From a virus (taxonomy: Duplodnaviria > Caudoviricetes): 48,267 nucleotides of DNA. Positions 35,546 to 45,721 of this stretch are shown in pieces. How positions within the stretch are numbered: the stretch's first letter is position 1; each line of letters starts with the position of its first letter. A program made the position numbers and the translations under genes. The stretch is taken from positions 1 to 48,267 of IMG/VR virus record IMGVR_UViG_3300026026_000024. One strand, 5' to 3'. The notes under the pieces are model-generated. The model did no database searches. It worked only from the letters and a program-made list of their open reading frames with translations, and was not told the DNA's origin.

Positions 35546-37414
35546 TTATTTTTTTAAGTCCGCTTCAATATTCTGTAACCGGTATTCTATTGATTTTTTA
35601 TATATGTCGTATTCCTTTTTAAGTGCATCGAGTTCCTGTTTTAACTCATAAGTATACCATAGATTACGCTCTAAAGTTGCTTGTAATGCTTGAACTTGAT
35701 AAGTAGGCCTTTTAATATTCGGAAGGTCGTATGTTTTAACGATCTTTCCTGATTTATCCATATACGACCACGCAAATTCAGGAAGCCCGTTTACCATTCT
35801 CATATCGGTGAAAAATTCAGATATTGACGACCTGTTAGCCTTTATATTCATAAATCCTGAAGCACCAAGCGAATCTGCAACCAAAGTTCCAGAAGCGTTT
35901 ACGAGCAACCACTGATCATAACCATTATCATATAGGTCAAGCGTTAACGAATCCTGAAAATGAGCTTCTTTTAATGCGGTAAACGGTTTGCGAATCTCCA
36001 TAGCATCGTCGGCATTATACCGGCTAATAACCAAACCCTCAGAATAAAGGAGGTTAGCCCCTTCTGAACTAAGTGATATTTGCTGGTCACCATTGTAAGT
36101 ATCGGTATAAACAACATACCACGTTACGCCGTAATCACCTGACATACGAATAGATGAAGCTGTTTGTAATATCTGATCTTTACCATTGTTGCTAATATCA
36201 GCATCAGAAGCGGCAATTCCTATATCAGACCATGTAGCACCGTAATTTACACTACGATATGTTTTATAGTTATATCCGGTTGCTAGTTGATAATGTCCAT
36301 CTCCTGACATGGCTACTTTTGCTAAATCACCTACCATTAATTTCTGTGTCCAAGTTACGCCTGAATCAGATGAAACCCATACACCACCCGTTTCAGGGCA
36401 GTAATCACAATCCAATGTCGTTGCGCTTAAATACTTTCCATTATCTGATATTTCAATGTCTGAGAATATCTGAGCGAAATCTAAATCCTTACGCCTAAAA
36501 GTAGCACCGTAATCGCTGGATTGATAAACGTATCCTGTAGTAAGATTATCATCACCCCAACAACCTACCTGATATTTACCATTTGTTGAAATATCAGTAA
36601 AATAAAATCCTAAACTATCCGGCATATTGATAAATGTTGCGCCATAGTTATTTGATCTTAATTGATAACCATTCCCGTCACCGATTAAAATATACTGTCC
36701 GGTATTTGACATTGAGACACCCTCATAAGCCCTTAAACTATCAAACGTGGTAAATGTGGCCCCGTAGTCATTTGACTTACGGATTCCCATTTGTTTACCA
36801 GCCGCAATTATATACTGGCCTGTTGATGATTGGTCAATATTATAAGTTGCGCTTCCTATGGTTCCGGTATAAATAGCTGCCATTGCTGGATTGTAGTAAA
36901 TTACATTAGGGTCTACCAATACCTCGGTAGAAGCTCCATTGACAACATTAATCATATTTCCCTCAGTGATAGAAGCTGATCCACCAGCATCTAACTGTGC
37001 TAATGTTCGAGAACCTGTAATAGGATCACTAAGACTTAATTGATTAGTGGTTACGTTAAAAGATAAATAACTCGAAGGGCCCAGATAAATCCTTCCTGAG
37101 AAATAAGCGTTTCCAGTAGTTCTCTGTGCTCCTACGATATACAACTTATCGTTATACGGATTGAGAACAGAACCTAAAGACAGGTTATGTGATGTCGACC
37201 TCGGAGTTATAATATTTGAACCATTAAACAACCAGGGTAAAGCGTATTCAATGGACATGCCGTATATATCATCTGTTGTCTTATTGAATAACAGAAGATA
37301 ATTGTTAGTTATCCCTGAATTTGTATGAGTTATCGAATCCCAATCAGTCGATAAATACTGAGCCGATAAAGCCATCGGGATCATTAAAACTATTGTTAAA
37401 AATATCTTTTTCAT
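35546..37414 (-). CDS. Signal-peptide-bearing BNR/Asp-box beta-propeller protein with C-terminal S74-like chaperone/coiled coil; putative tail fibre/RBP
   Basis: MKKIFLTIVLMIPMALSA-Q; six S.[DN].G.T[FW] repeats; C-terminal coiled coil. Confidence 0.75.
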   Translation of the reverse strand: MKKIFLTIVLMIPMALSAQYLSTDWDSITHTNSGITNNYLLLFNKTTDDIYGMSIEYALPWLFNGSNIITPRSTSHNLSLGSVLNPYNDKLYIVGAQRTTGNAYFSGRIYLGPSSYLSFNVTTNQLSLSDPITGSRTLAQLDAGGSASITEGNMINVVNGASTEVLVDPNVIYYNPAMAAIYTGTIGSATYNIDQSSTGQYIIAAGKQMGIRKSNDYGATFTTFDSLRAYEGVSMSNTGQYILIGDGNGYQLRSNNYGATFINMPDSLGFYFTDISTNGKYQVGCWGDDNLTTGYVYQSSDYGATFRRKDLDFAQIFSDIEISDNGKYLSATTLDCDYCPETGGVWVSSDSGVTWTQKLMVGDLAKVAMSGDGHYQLATGYNYKTYRSVNYGATWSDIGIAASDADISNNGKDQILQTASSIRMSGDYGVTWYVVYTDTYNGDQQISLSSEGANLLYSEGLVISRYNADDAMEIRKPFTALKEAHFQDSLTLDLYDNGYDQWLLVNASGTLVADSLGASGFMNIKANRSSISEFFTDMRMVNGLPEFAWSYMDKSGKIVKTYDLPNIKRPTYQVQALQATLERNLWYTYELKQELDALKKEYDIYKKSIEYRLQNIEADLKK

Positions 37415-38326
37415 TTATCCTTTTTTTAATGGTTTTCCTCCATGTGTTAATATCTTACCTCCGTGTTTCAGTCCGCCCTGTACTTCTTCTGGAGGAGTTA
37501 CTGATACCGGCGACTGAGTATATGTTCTTACAGTGGGTGTTAATTGAACTGAAATACTTGAATCTTTCTTAATCCAATATTTAAATGTTACTTTCAAATA
37601 ATTGCTTTTCCCTTGTGGCTCTGTGGCTACCTCTAAAATCTCTATCAAATCCCGTTTACCGCTTTCATCGGTGAAATATACAGAACTACACATCTGGACT
37701 ACTTTAAGAAGGTCCACAACGTTTGAATCACCGAGTATTTCACAACTTCTTAGCTTGTCTACTCTCCTATAAGTGTAAACATCCCTGTTATCAATCGTTT
37801 TCTGTGATTCTGAGTGTTCTGAATATTCCCCGTTATCAAATGACCGTCCACGATATGTAGCCGATAACATCTGCCTTGAATGGAATATGATATTGGAAAA
37901 CTGATCATCATTCGTGTATTCAATAGAAATCTGTTCGTTATATATACCGACCTTGAAAAGATCACTCCACCACTCATCGTCACCATTAACGAGATGTATA
38001 TAATAAATCCCCTGTTTTAATGCTGGCATTATAGAACCAGATGCGTAAGATATATACTGCTTGGTAATTTCAGAATTTGTGAAATACATGAAAGTAAAAT
38101 AACTTAACAGGTCTACCGTTCTGCCTGTTCTGAAATTTACCACTTCCGCCGTAGTCAATAACGAATAATCACCACCCGATTTATCATAAGCCACCTCGAA
38201 CGGAACGATGTACACCGGATCGACAATAAGCGGAACGAATAAGTTATATTGCATCGCTTCATGCCGCTTGTACAACGTATAATCAACCGAAGTATGAAAC
38301 CTTAAAGCCTGCACGATGTCATTCAT
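37415..38326 (-). CDS. Putative distal tail/baseplate protein
   Basis: Position downstream of TMP; no signal peptide. Confidence 0.55.
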   Translation of the reverse strand: MNDIVQALRFHTSVDYTLYKRHEAMQYNLFVPLIVDPVYIVPFEVAYDKSGGDYSLLTTAEVVNFRTGRTVDLLSYFTFMYFTNSEITKQYISYASGSIMPALKQGIYYIHLVNGDDEWWSDLFKVGIYNEQISIEYTNDDQFSNIIFHSRQMLSATYRGRSFDNGEYSEHSESQKTIDNRDVYTYRRVDKLRSCEILGDSNVVDLLKVVQMCSSVYFTDESGKRDLIEILEVATEPQGKSNYLKVTFKYWIKKDSSISVQLTPTVRTYTQSPVSVTPPEEVQGGLKHGGKILTHGGKPLKKG

Positions 38327-39980
38327 AAATTACCTCCGCTTTAAAGTTGTTTTCCTCTACGCATTTCGTTTCGAGTGACAATACCTTACCGTTACCGATT
38401 TTAGTTGTTAATAACTTGTTAATATCCGGTACTGAGGTAAAGTTTATATCCTGTTTTTTAAGTCTTCGAAGTGATAAAGCGGTAACAGCTTTCCCGGCAA
38501 TGTAAAAATCAGGCTGATAAGCGTTATACCTGTGAAACGTGTTAAGAACGTTAGCATTCGATAAGAAAGCGTTTTGGATAAGTTCACCACTTTTAAATCC
38601 TAAAACTGAGTTAACAACTCCGTTTACTGTATCAACGAGCAAAAAACCATCTGAAAGCTGATCTAAATGCTGTGAAAGTCCGTCAATATCTGTATAAAAT
38701 TCACTCAAAGATTTAGTCTTGGTGTTTTCTTTTACCCCGTTTAGCGCAGGAACAGTACCATAAAGAACTTCAATCTGTCCGAAGTCTTTATTCCATGCCT
38801 GAGATTCGGACATATATTCTCTGTTTGGCTTTTCTCCTGAGTTGTAAGCATATTTCAGCGAATCAGAATCCACGTCCTGCGATAAGGTAGGTTCACAATA
38901 TTTAACGTGTTCAATCCTTAAGTCTCCATTCTCGTCAATAAACCACCGTAAATCCTCTTTTAAAAGAAGATATTCGATTATTTTCTTAAGCGTGGTGACT
39001 TCCTTCGTTGTTTTCTGTGTTGCGTTAGGCTTCTTAAAATCAGAAATTGAAATAAGATATATCGTATTAGGTGTCATTCCGGTATAGACTATACTTTTGC
39101 CCGATTCCTGATCATCCCCGAAAAAAAGCGAAGATTTAACAGTCCCGGTGAAATTGGGACAGGCCTGCGAAAGAACCTTGTTTAATGAAGCTTTCAACTC
39201 ATAGCCTTTTACGGTTCGTGAGAAGATAAGGTTTATTCTATCATAGTAATAAGTTCTGCTAATTGAAGATTTAAGTTCCCAGGATTCGTTTAAGTAGGTA
39301 GTTGTTGTGATTATGTCATAAAAATCTTCACTATCGAAATTTAATCCCATGTGAACCGAAGGAATAGTAACATTTACCGGATATCGTTGATAGATTTTAT
39401 AGTCTTCCAAATCAGTAAGAAGTGCAAATCCTACAGGTGCGGTTTCGTCTTTGTAAATTATTACCGCTTCTGTACAATAAAGATTCTCTGAATAACCAAA
39501 CACACCGGCAATGATCCCAATTCGCATCCAGTAAGTATCCAGTGTTGCAGGAAGATTAATCCCTGCAATACTCTTAAACATCAGAAATGAGTAAACACTA
39601 TAAGTTATATCTACTCCGGTACCTGAAATTACATTCACTTCGATATCTTCATTCTCCTGTATCTCTGTGTATTTATCTCTTAGTGTGACTTTAAAAGAAC
39701 ACGTTTTCAGATAATCGTCAAATTCAATATCGTAAATAGTAAACTCCGAGGTCTGAACTAGTACACCGTTATCGAAGGTATTAAATGTGAACTTTTCATG
39801 CCTGCGTGTCTGTTCGAGTGTTTTAATGTAATCGTAATCCGATTTTATAAGTGTGACAGTACCATCTAGTTCTTTACGATAGGCATAAAGAAGATCACTT
39901 TCAAGGGTTTCCTTGATCTTAAGTTCCCTGGAATTGTACGGGTAAACCTGTCGATCTTCTATGAAATATGTCCACCTCAT
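38319..39980 (-). CDS. Putative tail hub/tip protein
   Basis: Directly after TMP; WFIDENGDLRIEH. Confidence 0.55.
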   Translation of the reverse strand: MRWTYFIEDRQVYPYNSRELKIKETLESDLLYAYRKELDGTVTLIKSDYDYIKTLEQTRRHEKFTFNTFDNGVLVQTSEFTIYDIEFDDYLKTCSFKVTLRDKYTEIQENEDIEVNVISGTGVDITYSVYSFLMFKSIAGINLPATLDTYWMRIGIIAGVFGYSENLYCTEAVIIYKDETAPVGFALLTDLEDYKIYQRYPVNVTIPSVHMGLNFDSEDFYDIITTTTYLNESWELKSSISRTYYYDRINLIFSRTVKGYELKASLNKVLSQACPNFTGTVKSSLFFGDDQESGKSIVYTGMTPNTIYLISISDFKKPNATQKTTKEVTTLKKIIEYLLLKEDLRWFIDENGDLRIEHVKYCEPTLSQDVDSDSLKYAYNSGEKPNREYMSESQAWNKDFGQIEVLYGTVPALNGVKENTKTKSLSEFYTDIDGLSQHLDQLSDGFLLVDTVNGVVNSVLGFKSGELIQNAFLSNANVLNTFHRYNAYQPDFYIAGKAVTALSLRRLKKQDINFTSVPDINKLLTTKIGNGKVLSLETKCVEENNFKAEVIYE

Positions 39981-42727
39981 TGAAGCCTGATAATTTTTGT
40001 TGAATTACCTTTTATCTGTAATATACTTCCGTCTTTGAGTGTTAAATAGTCTACCTTTTCTGTAAAATACTTAACCAAATCTTCACTTGACTGCCTTGTC
40101 TTTTTAAGTTCTGCAAGCATTTCGCTCGTTGAATCATACCGTTGATAATTGCTATCGGTAAGGTTATGGCTGAAATTCAGCTTAAACAGGTCTATATCAC
40201 TTAAAACACCGTCGTTAACAGCTTCAAGAAGCCTTTTTGAGCGCATTGTCGATTCTGCATTTATAACTGATTCGTGACGTTCTATTTCTACTATCTTTCC
40301 GCCTTGTGAGTGCGGTTTTGCATCTCCGGTTATATCTACTTCACCTTCTCCGTACTTTGAAATAGAGTTTATCTTATTCTTATATGCTGAGAATGCAGCA
40401 ATCATTGAAGCCACAGCAGCCAATCCAAGAATAACACCAACTATAGGAATATCAGAGTATGCTTCTATTATGTTAGCTGAAGCGGTTACTATATCACTTG
40501 CCTGAGCTGCTAACTGTATTTGAGCTTGTCTTTTTTGCGCCCTTTCAAGGTCTTTATTTGCCTTGTCTCTTACGGATTGTGTTTGTGCAATGGAATCAAC
40601 CAACCTATCGTAGTCGTTTGCCTTTCCTTCGTCTTTCAGCTTCTTTTCTTCATCAAGTTGGCTTTTTAAGGTATTCAGCTTTTCTTCCTGTGCATCAACT
40701 TCTTTTTGTGCAGCATCTATCTTACCCTGGTTAAGTTCATCAAGAAGGTTTAAAAACTGCTCTGCAAATTGCTGCGTAGCATTGATTAAGTCTTCGTTAT
40801 AGCTCATCCAAAGCGATATTCTTTGAACTAAGTATTCTTGATCTGAGCTATTACCTTTTTGATGCCATTCCTCTAAAAACCTTAAATCATTAGCGTAAAA
40901 TTCCTGATCCAGTAAACCCATTCTTTCATATAAAGCCTGACGGTCGTTTTCAATCTTCTGGTTACGCTGGTCGAGTTTCTGCATCACATCTTCCATTTCG
41001 TTGATGTGCGCCGGATCGGTTGACTTTCTGTTAAATGTTTGTTTTTTTATGTTGCTTTCAATAGCCTTTCCTAAATCCTTGTAATATTTAATCTCATTAT
41101 CTAAGGCTAATATTTCTTTATTGATCTGCTCAATGATAACCGGATCAGTGGCTTTTTTTACATTATATTCATAAAGAGCTTTTTTAGCTTCCAGTCTTTC
41201 AATTATCCCGGTTGCCAGTTCAAGTTCACGGCGTAATTTATCCAAAGTTTCATCAGTAACCGGAGCCACGCCTGAAGCCTTTTTAAACGCTTTAGCAAAG
41301 TCGTCCTGACTGGCTAATAATATCTGTAGCTCGGTTATCAAAACCTTGTTAGCTTCTTGCTGTGCCTTTTTGGTGCGTAATATTTTAAGTTCTTCAGTTG
41401 ATCGACTATTTTTTGATTCAATAGGGTTAATTTCAAACTGTAACTGATTAGCTTCGTTTATTGCGTCGTTTATTCTTTTCTGTATAGCAAGTCTTTGTTC
41501 TTCTTCTGTTTTAAGTTGCTTTGTCTTATCTATAAAGCTATTAAGCATACTCAATCCTTGTCCCTTACCTGCATCTTTCACGAATTGATCGGGATTCATG
41601 GCAAATCGTAACATCTCAAATTCATCAGCTAGAGATTTAAGAATACTTTTAAATGTTCCAGACGCCTTAAGCGATTCAACAAATAAAGTCCAACCGTTTT
41701 TAAGATCGTTAACGGCTGTTTGTAAATTATCAATAGTCTTTACGCTTTGAATTCCATAAGCCTTTTCAAGAGCAACAGCAAACTTAGGAAGTGCATCCTG
41801 GGCCAATACCTCGTTATTCTTGATCATTTTCATTAACTGAGGTATTGTAACATTCAGAGCGTCTGCCATTATTCGCATTGCACCAGGAAGATTGTCGCCT
41901 AACTGCCTTCTTAACTCTTCCGTTGAAATCGTACCCTTTGAAATCATTTGCTCCAGGGCAAGGAAAACAAGTTCCATTCTCTGAGCATTTAACCCCAAAA
42001 CAGAACCGGCCTTAGAAACAGATTCAAATATCTTACGTGCTTCTACTAAATCAAAATTAGAACCAGTTATTGCAGCCCTGAATTTTAAATAAGATTGTGA
42101 GGTTGAAATAACTTCAAGCCCATAACGCTTTGTTATATCGGTTAAAAATCCTTGTGTTTTTGCAAGTTCATTAACATCATTTACAAGGTATTTATACGAC
42201 TGACCAAGAACATTTAACTCCTTTGTGGTAGTAAATATGTTCTTTACAAGGCTAATAGCTGAATTTAACCCTAAATAAGCTACAGCCAAATTCTTAATCG
42301 AGGCAATAAAACTACTGATTACGCCTGGCTTATAAGTACCGTTTAACTTCTGCTGTTCTGTTATTAACTGATTCGTTGCCTGACGGTGTTCCCTTAAAGC
42401 TGCAGCTGCCTTTATGTTCTCAGGCGTCATTTTAGCTAGTTGGGTTGATAACTGTCTTTTAAAACTAAGCGCCTGCTTTTCGGCATCGGTTAATTTCTTT
42501 TGTTCTGCTGTCAGTTCACGTACAGAACCAGCAACCTGGTTCAATCTAGTTACGTTTTCACCGCTTATCGTTATGGGCTGTCCTAATTGGTCATAGATAC
42601 TCTTAAACTCGGTTTTTATCGTTCCAAGTCTACTCTGAAAACCGGCAACCATCCTATCGAGATCCTTTAGGATTGCTTCTATCGTACCCGGTGTGAGTAT
42701 GGTATCTTTGTCTATTCTTCCTGGCAT
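39977..42727 (-). CDS. Tape measure protein
   Basis: ALEQMISKGTISTEELRRQLGDNLPGA TMP domain; long helical; C-terminal HSQGG..VEIE..E.VIN. Confidence 0.9.
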   Translation of the reverse strand: MPGRIDKDTILTPGTIEAILKDLDRMVAGFQSRLGTIKTEFKSIYDQLGQPITISGENVTRLNQVAGSVRELTAEQKKLTDAEKQALSFKRQLSTQLAKMTPENIKAAAALREHRQATNQLITEQQKLNGTYKPGVISSFIASIKNLAVAYLGLNSAISLVKNIFTTTKELNVLGQSYKYLVNDVNELAKTQGFLTDITKRYGLEVISTSQSYLKFRAAITGSNFDLVEARKIFESVSKAGSVLGLNAQRMELVFLALEQMISKGTISTEELRRQLGDNLPGAMRIMADALNVTIPQLMKMIKNNEVLAQDALPKFAVALEKAYGIQSVKTIDNLQTAVNDLKNGWTLFVESLKASGTFKSILKSLADEFEMLRFAMNPDQFVKDAGKGQGLSMLNSFIDKTKQLKTEEEQRLAIQKRINDAINEANQLQFEINPIESKNSRSTEELKILRTKKAQQEANKVLITELQILLASQDDFAKAFKKASGVAPVTDETLDKLRRELELATGIIERLEAKKALYEYNVKKATDPVIIEQINKEILALDNEIKYYKDLGKAIESNIKKQTFNRKSTDPAHINEMEDVMQKLDQRNQKIENDRQALYERMGLLDQEFYANDLRFLEEWHQKGNSSDQEYLVQRISLWMSYNEDLINATQQFAEQFLNLLDELNQGKIDAAQKEVDAQEEKLNTLKSQLDEEKKLKDEGKANDYDRLVDSIAQTQSVRDKANKDLERAQKRQAQIQLAAQASDIVTASANIIEAYSDIPIVGVILGLAAVASMIAAFSAYKNKINSISKYGEGEVDITGDAKPHSQGGKIVEIERHESVINAESTMRSKRLLEAVNDGVLSDIDLFKLNFSHNLTDSNYQRYDSTSEMLAELKKTRQSSEDLVKYFTEKVDYLTLKDGSILQIKGNSTKIIRLQ

Positions 42728-43145
42728 TTATTTCCTTTTCAAAGTCCCGTAAATCGTTGTAATACTGAAATACTGTTAATTTGTGGCTATCCCTGTGGCT
42801 CCACTCAGTTAAAATCCTGTGTGTTGTTTCGTATTGTTGACGGATGTTTTCATGTTTGGTAAATTTGTTAAGTAGGTTTTTTAATTCAATTTCTACAAGC
42901 GCAATTTTGATGTCTAATGAAGCATCTTCCGTGTATCCTCTTTTTGCTTGTAATTTTACTAGTTGTTTGGTTTTGTGGTAAACTATTTGGTTAATTTCTG
43001 TTAGTCCAAACTCGTCAATCAGTTGACCGAGTAACTTTTCGTATAATTCCTTTGTACCGCCTTCGCAAAGTTTTGTATAATCGTTTTCTATTGATACCTC
43101 TTGGAAATTGTCAATAGGACAATTATATATAGTTAGCTCATTCAC
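42654..43145 (-). CDS. Putative tail assembly chaperone
   Basis: Directly upstream of TMP; LTVFQY motif. Confidence 0.5.
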   Translation of the reverse strand: MNELTIYNCPIDNFQEVSIENDYTKLCEGGTKELYEKLLGQLIDEFGLTEINQIVYHKTKQLVKLQAKRGYTEDASLDIKIALVEIELKNLLNKFTKHENIRQQYETTHRILTEWSHRDSHKLTVFQYYNDLRDFEKEINARKNRQRYHTHTGYDRSNPKGSR

Positions 43146-43287
43146 TTATTTCTTTGATTTTTTCCTTTAGTTCACTACAAATTTTATCGAGCTTATCTTT
43201 ATAAGATTCAATAACTTCATCTATTTGCTTATTAAGACTTTGGATAAATTCAGTTGTGAAAATGTCTGATTTAGTTATTGGCTTCAT
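43138..43287 (-). CDS. Small protein (49 aa; not in ORF track)
   Basis: MKPITKSDIFTTEFIQSL...; ATGA-coupled to the upstream gene. Confidence 0.45.
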   Translation of the reverse strand: MKPITKSDIFTTEFIQSLNKQIDEVIESYKDKLDKICSELKEKIKEISE

Positions 43288-43682
43288 TGTAACAATGCTT
43301 TTTGAAGGTTCCGTGCGTAAATGGGTATTAATAGGTTTGTAAATTCCTTTTCATTCTCCGGTGTAAGCCCGTAAATCTCACCCCAATTATACTCTAAAAG
43401 ATCACCCTTGCTTCTTGATCCCATTTCAATGAATTTATCAAATACCAGTGCGTACATTCCTTTGTAATGTTCCCCTGTATCGTTCAATGTTTTAGGTGTA
43501 AGTGGAATACGCTTTCTTTTAGCATAGGGAGAAGAATAAGGGGGAAGTTTCATTCCTTTGGCATCAAAACCAGCTTTTAACTGCTCTTGATTCATGCGGA
43601 TAAGGTCTTTTCTGAGTTCATTGACTGAATCCCTCCAGACCCTATCCTGGTCAACTTTTATCTTCCCCCAATCTTCTATCAT
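43284..43682 (-). CDS. Putative tail completion/neck protein
   Basis: NQEQLKAG..., LNDTGEHY, IYGLT. Confidence 0.55.
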   Translation of the reverse strand: MIEDWGKIKVDQDRVWRDSVNELRKDLIRMNQEQLKAGFDAKGMKLPPYSSPYAKRKRIPLTPKTLNDTGEHYKGMYALVFDKFIEMGSRSKGDLLEYNWGEIYGLTPENEKEFTNLLIPIYARNLQKALLQ

Positions 43683-44608
43683 TACGGTACAACTACAGCA
43701 CCACAAGTAATATCAAATCCACTTACGGTCACATGGACATCATACGTATGAGCAGTTGTCAGCAAGGCCGATTCATTAACCGTGAAGGTATGCGTACCAG
43801 CCACATAAGTAAGCGATCCGGAACCAGCAAGTGATTTATCTGCACCACCCGCCCTGTCTGCAAACTTAATTGAACTGTGTAATACCGATGAACTGGTAAG
43901 ATACAGTTTTGTTCCAGGAGCAGAAGGATCAACGTCATCCATTTCAAATACCAAGGTACATCCAGTTGTTGCGGGTGTTCCTACGGTGCCGGTTACATCC
44001 CTTAGTGAATAAAAATCTGAATCGTCGGTAACGTCTGCGCTGGCAATAGCTACAGCAACCATGTTATTCATGTCTGATCCGGTTTCAAGCCTAAACTTAC
44101 AAACGAGTTCAGATACCTTTTCCCGTGTCGGAGGTGTGTAGTTCGGAGTGGTAAGGTTCTGAATCCTGATAGGTTTCAAATCCGTTCCGTCCTTTATTCC
44201 AAGTACCTGGGTATCCTGTGTAACCGGATAGGCTGCGATAGCAAAATTCTGAAGGTCTTTCATCTGACCTACCAGTTTCGGGGCAATGTCATAGAAGGTA
44301 TATTCAAAGTCTACGGAACCATCCTGAAGCACCCTGAAATAACCGTTCTGATCAAATGCCAATGGCTCACCAGCCACAGCACCAGCGCCAAAACATAAAG
44401 GAGTGGGAACTACCTTTATTGAAGTGTCTGCCGAGAAATTAGGAACATCCATGAGTGCCGTCCATGTAGCCTTAACAGCCGCATTCGCAAGTGTTACCTT
44501 GTTGAGCGTGTTATCGTCCTTTTTATAAAGGACAAACATAAACCGGCGGATTTCGTCCGGTTTGAATGTAAAGTTGTACCCAATATTGGGTAAATTCGAT
44601 CCTGCCAT
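43682..44608 (-). CDS. Major tail tube protein with C-terminal Ig-like extension
   Basis: 308 aa, beta-rich, canonical position. Confidence 0.6.
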   Translation of the reverse strand: MAGSNLPNIGYNFTFKPDEIRRFMFVLYKKDDNTLNKVTLANAAVKATWTALMDVPNFSADTSIKVVPTPLCFGAGAVAGEPLAFDQNGYFRVLQDGSVDFEYTFYDIAPKLVGQMKDLQNFAIAAYPVTQDTQVLGIKDGTDLKPIRIQNLTTPNYTPPTREKVSELVCKFRLETGSDMNNMVAVAIASADVTDDSDFYSLRDVTGTVGTPATTGCTLVFEMDDVDPSAPGTKLYLTSSSVLHSSIKFADRAGGADKSLAGSGSLTYVAGTHTFTVNESALLTTAHTYDVHVTVSGFDITCGAVVVP

Positions 44609-44610
44609 TG

Positions 44611-44784
44611 TTATTGTATTTTAAGTTTTTCACCTGTTTTTAATTCCCAAACTTTTTTAATGGTAGCCGCTGAGGGTTTGGGAATTACCCCGCTTTCAAC
44701 GTACCCGGCTACAAGGAGTTGAAACCACTCAAAATTATTGGCTTTGAGTTTTTCAATGTTAAAATCCATCGTTTCCAGCGTCAT
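44611..44784 (-). CDS. Small protein (57 aa; not in ORF track)
   Basis: MTLETMDFNIEKLK...IKKVWELKTG. Confidence 0.45.
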   Translation of the reverse strand: MTLETMDFNIEKLKANNFEWFQLLVAGYVESGVIPKPSAATIKKVWELKTGEKLKIQ

Positions 44785-45293
44785 ATTCTGTAATTTATGT
44801 TTAGATCAACTCGTAAAGAAAAGTAAGGCGGTATATCTTCTATTGTTGTTTCAAAGGAAAAATCAGAAAATACCTGCGGGCCGGTGATAACGTTTTCAAG
44901 TTTGAATCCGTAAGGTTCATAACGGTATAAATCAGTAATAACCTTTATAAACTCGTAATCCGCCCGATGAGTAACTGAAGGGAATAAAGTTTCCAGGTTT
45001 ACATGAAATACATTACCGATTGTTACCGAGTATAACCCGTTTGTATTAACTGGATTTGTTTTCTCGTAAAAATAGCACACTACAGCCTTGTCAGTGGTAA
45101 ATAATGATTTACTGAGTTCCTTTGAAAACTTCACCGGTGTTACATCCTGACCGTCCTTAAGTTTATAAATCCTGTCATATATGTCAAATGTACCAGTAAG
45201 CAATCCAAGACTAATGAATTTAGCCTCTAATTTGCTTTGTATTGAATTTATCCTCTTATCAATACCTACCGTATTTGACCTGGCATGGATCAT
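44781..45293 (-). CDS. Putative tail terminator/neck protein
   Basis: 170 aa; position between head and tail tube genes. Confidence 0.5.
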   Translation of the reverse strand: MIHARSNTVGIDKRINSIQSKLEAKFISLGLLTGTFDIYDRIYKLKDGQDVTPVKFSKELSKSLFTTDKAVVCYFYEKTNPVNTNGLYSVTIGNVFHVNLETLFPSVTHRADYEFIKVITDLYRYEPYGFKLENVITGPQVFSDFSFETTIEDIPPYFSLRVDLNINYRI

Positions 45294-45721
45294 TTCGAAT
45301 AGTGAATTATCAAAGTATCCGCCGTTGAGTTTCCTTTATAAAGTGTCGTTACCCAATACTGACCTACTATATTATCAGCCCTAACTGTCTGTCCCATTAC
45401 CGAATCACCCTCGAAATACACTATTGATGCGCTCGTTAACGGAATAAGAGCTGTTAAAGCTACAGGCAGTTGGAAATGTTCCCCGTCTACAGATTCACCA
45501 CAAGCGATCTGAGCCGTTGAATTAGTGGCAAACGAGGGAAACTCATACCATATCAAAGCACCGTTAGGCGCACGTAACCTCTTCGCAACCGTCTCACTCG
45601 TACCTGTCATAGTAGCCGTGAATATGGTATCGTTCTTAAGAACTTTACCCCAATCAATAAGCTGTGATTTAGCCGGTACAAGAAACGCTACGAAAAAGGC
45701 TAAAAGAATTATCTTTTTCAT
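45290..45721 (-). CDS. Signal-peptide-bearing small beta-sandwich protein in the neck module
   Basis: MKKIILLAFFVAFLVPAKS-Q; sequons DTI, DSV, DTL. Confidence 0.75.
   Translation of the reverse strand: MKKIILLAFFVAFLVPAKSQLIDWGKVLKNDTIFTATMTGTSETVAKRLRAPNGALIWYEFPSFATNSTAQIACGESVDGEHFQLPVALTALIPLTSASIVYFEGDSVMGQTVRADNIVGQYWVTTLYKGNSTADTLIIHYSK

Noticed and set aside
43138-43287. Tail-chaperone programmed frameshift into 42654-43145
   Set aside because: A TAA immediately precedes the GTG in the downstream frame, so a shift at the GGAAAAAA run cannot fuse the ORFs
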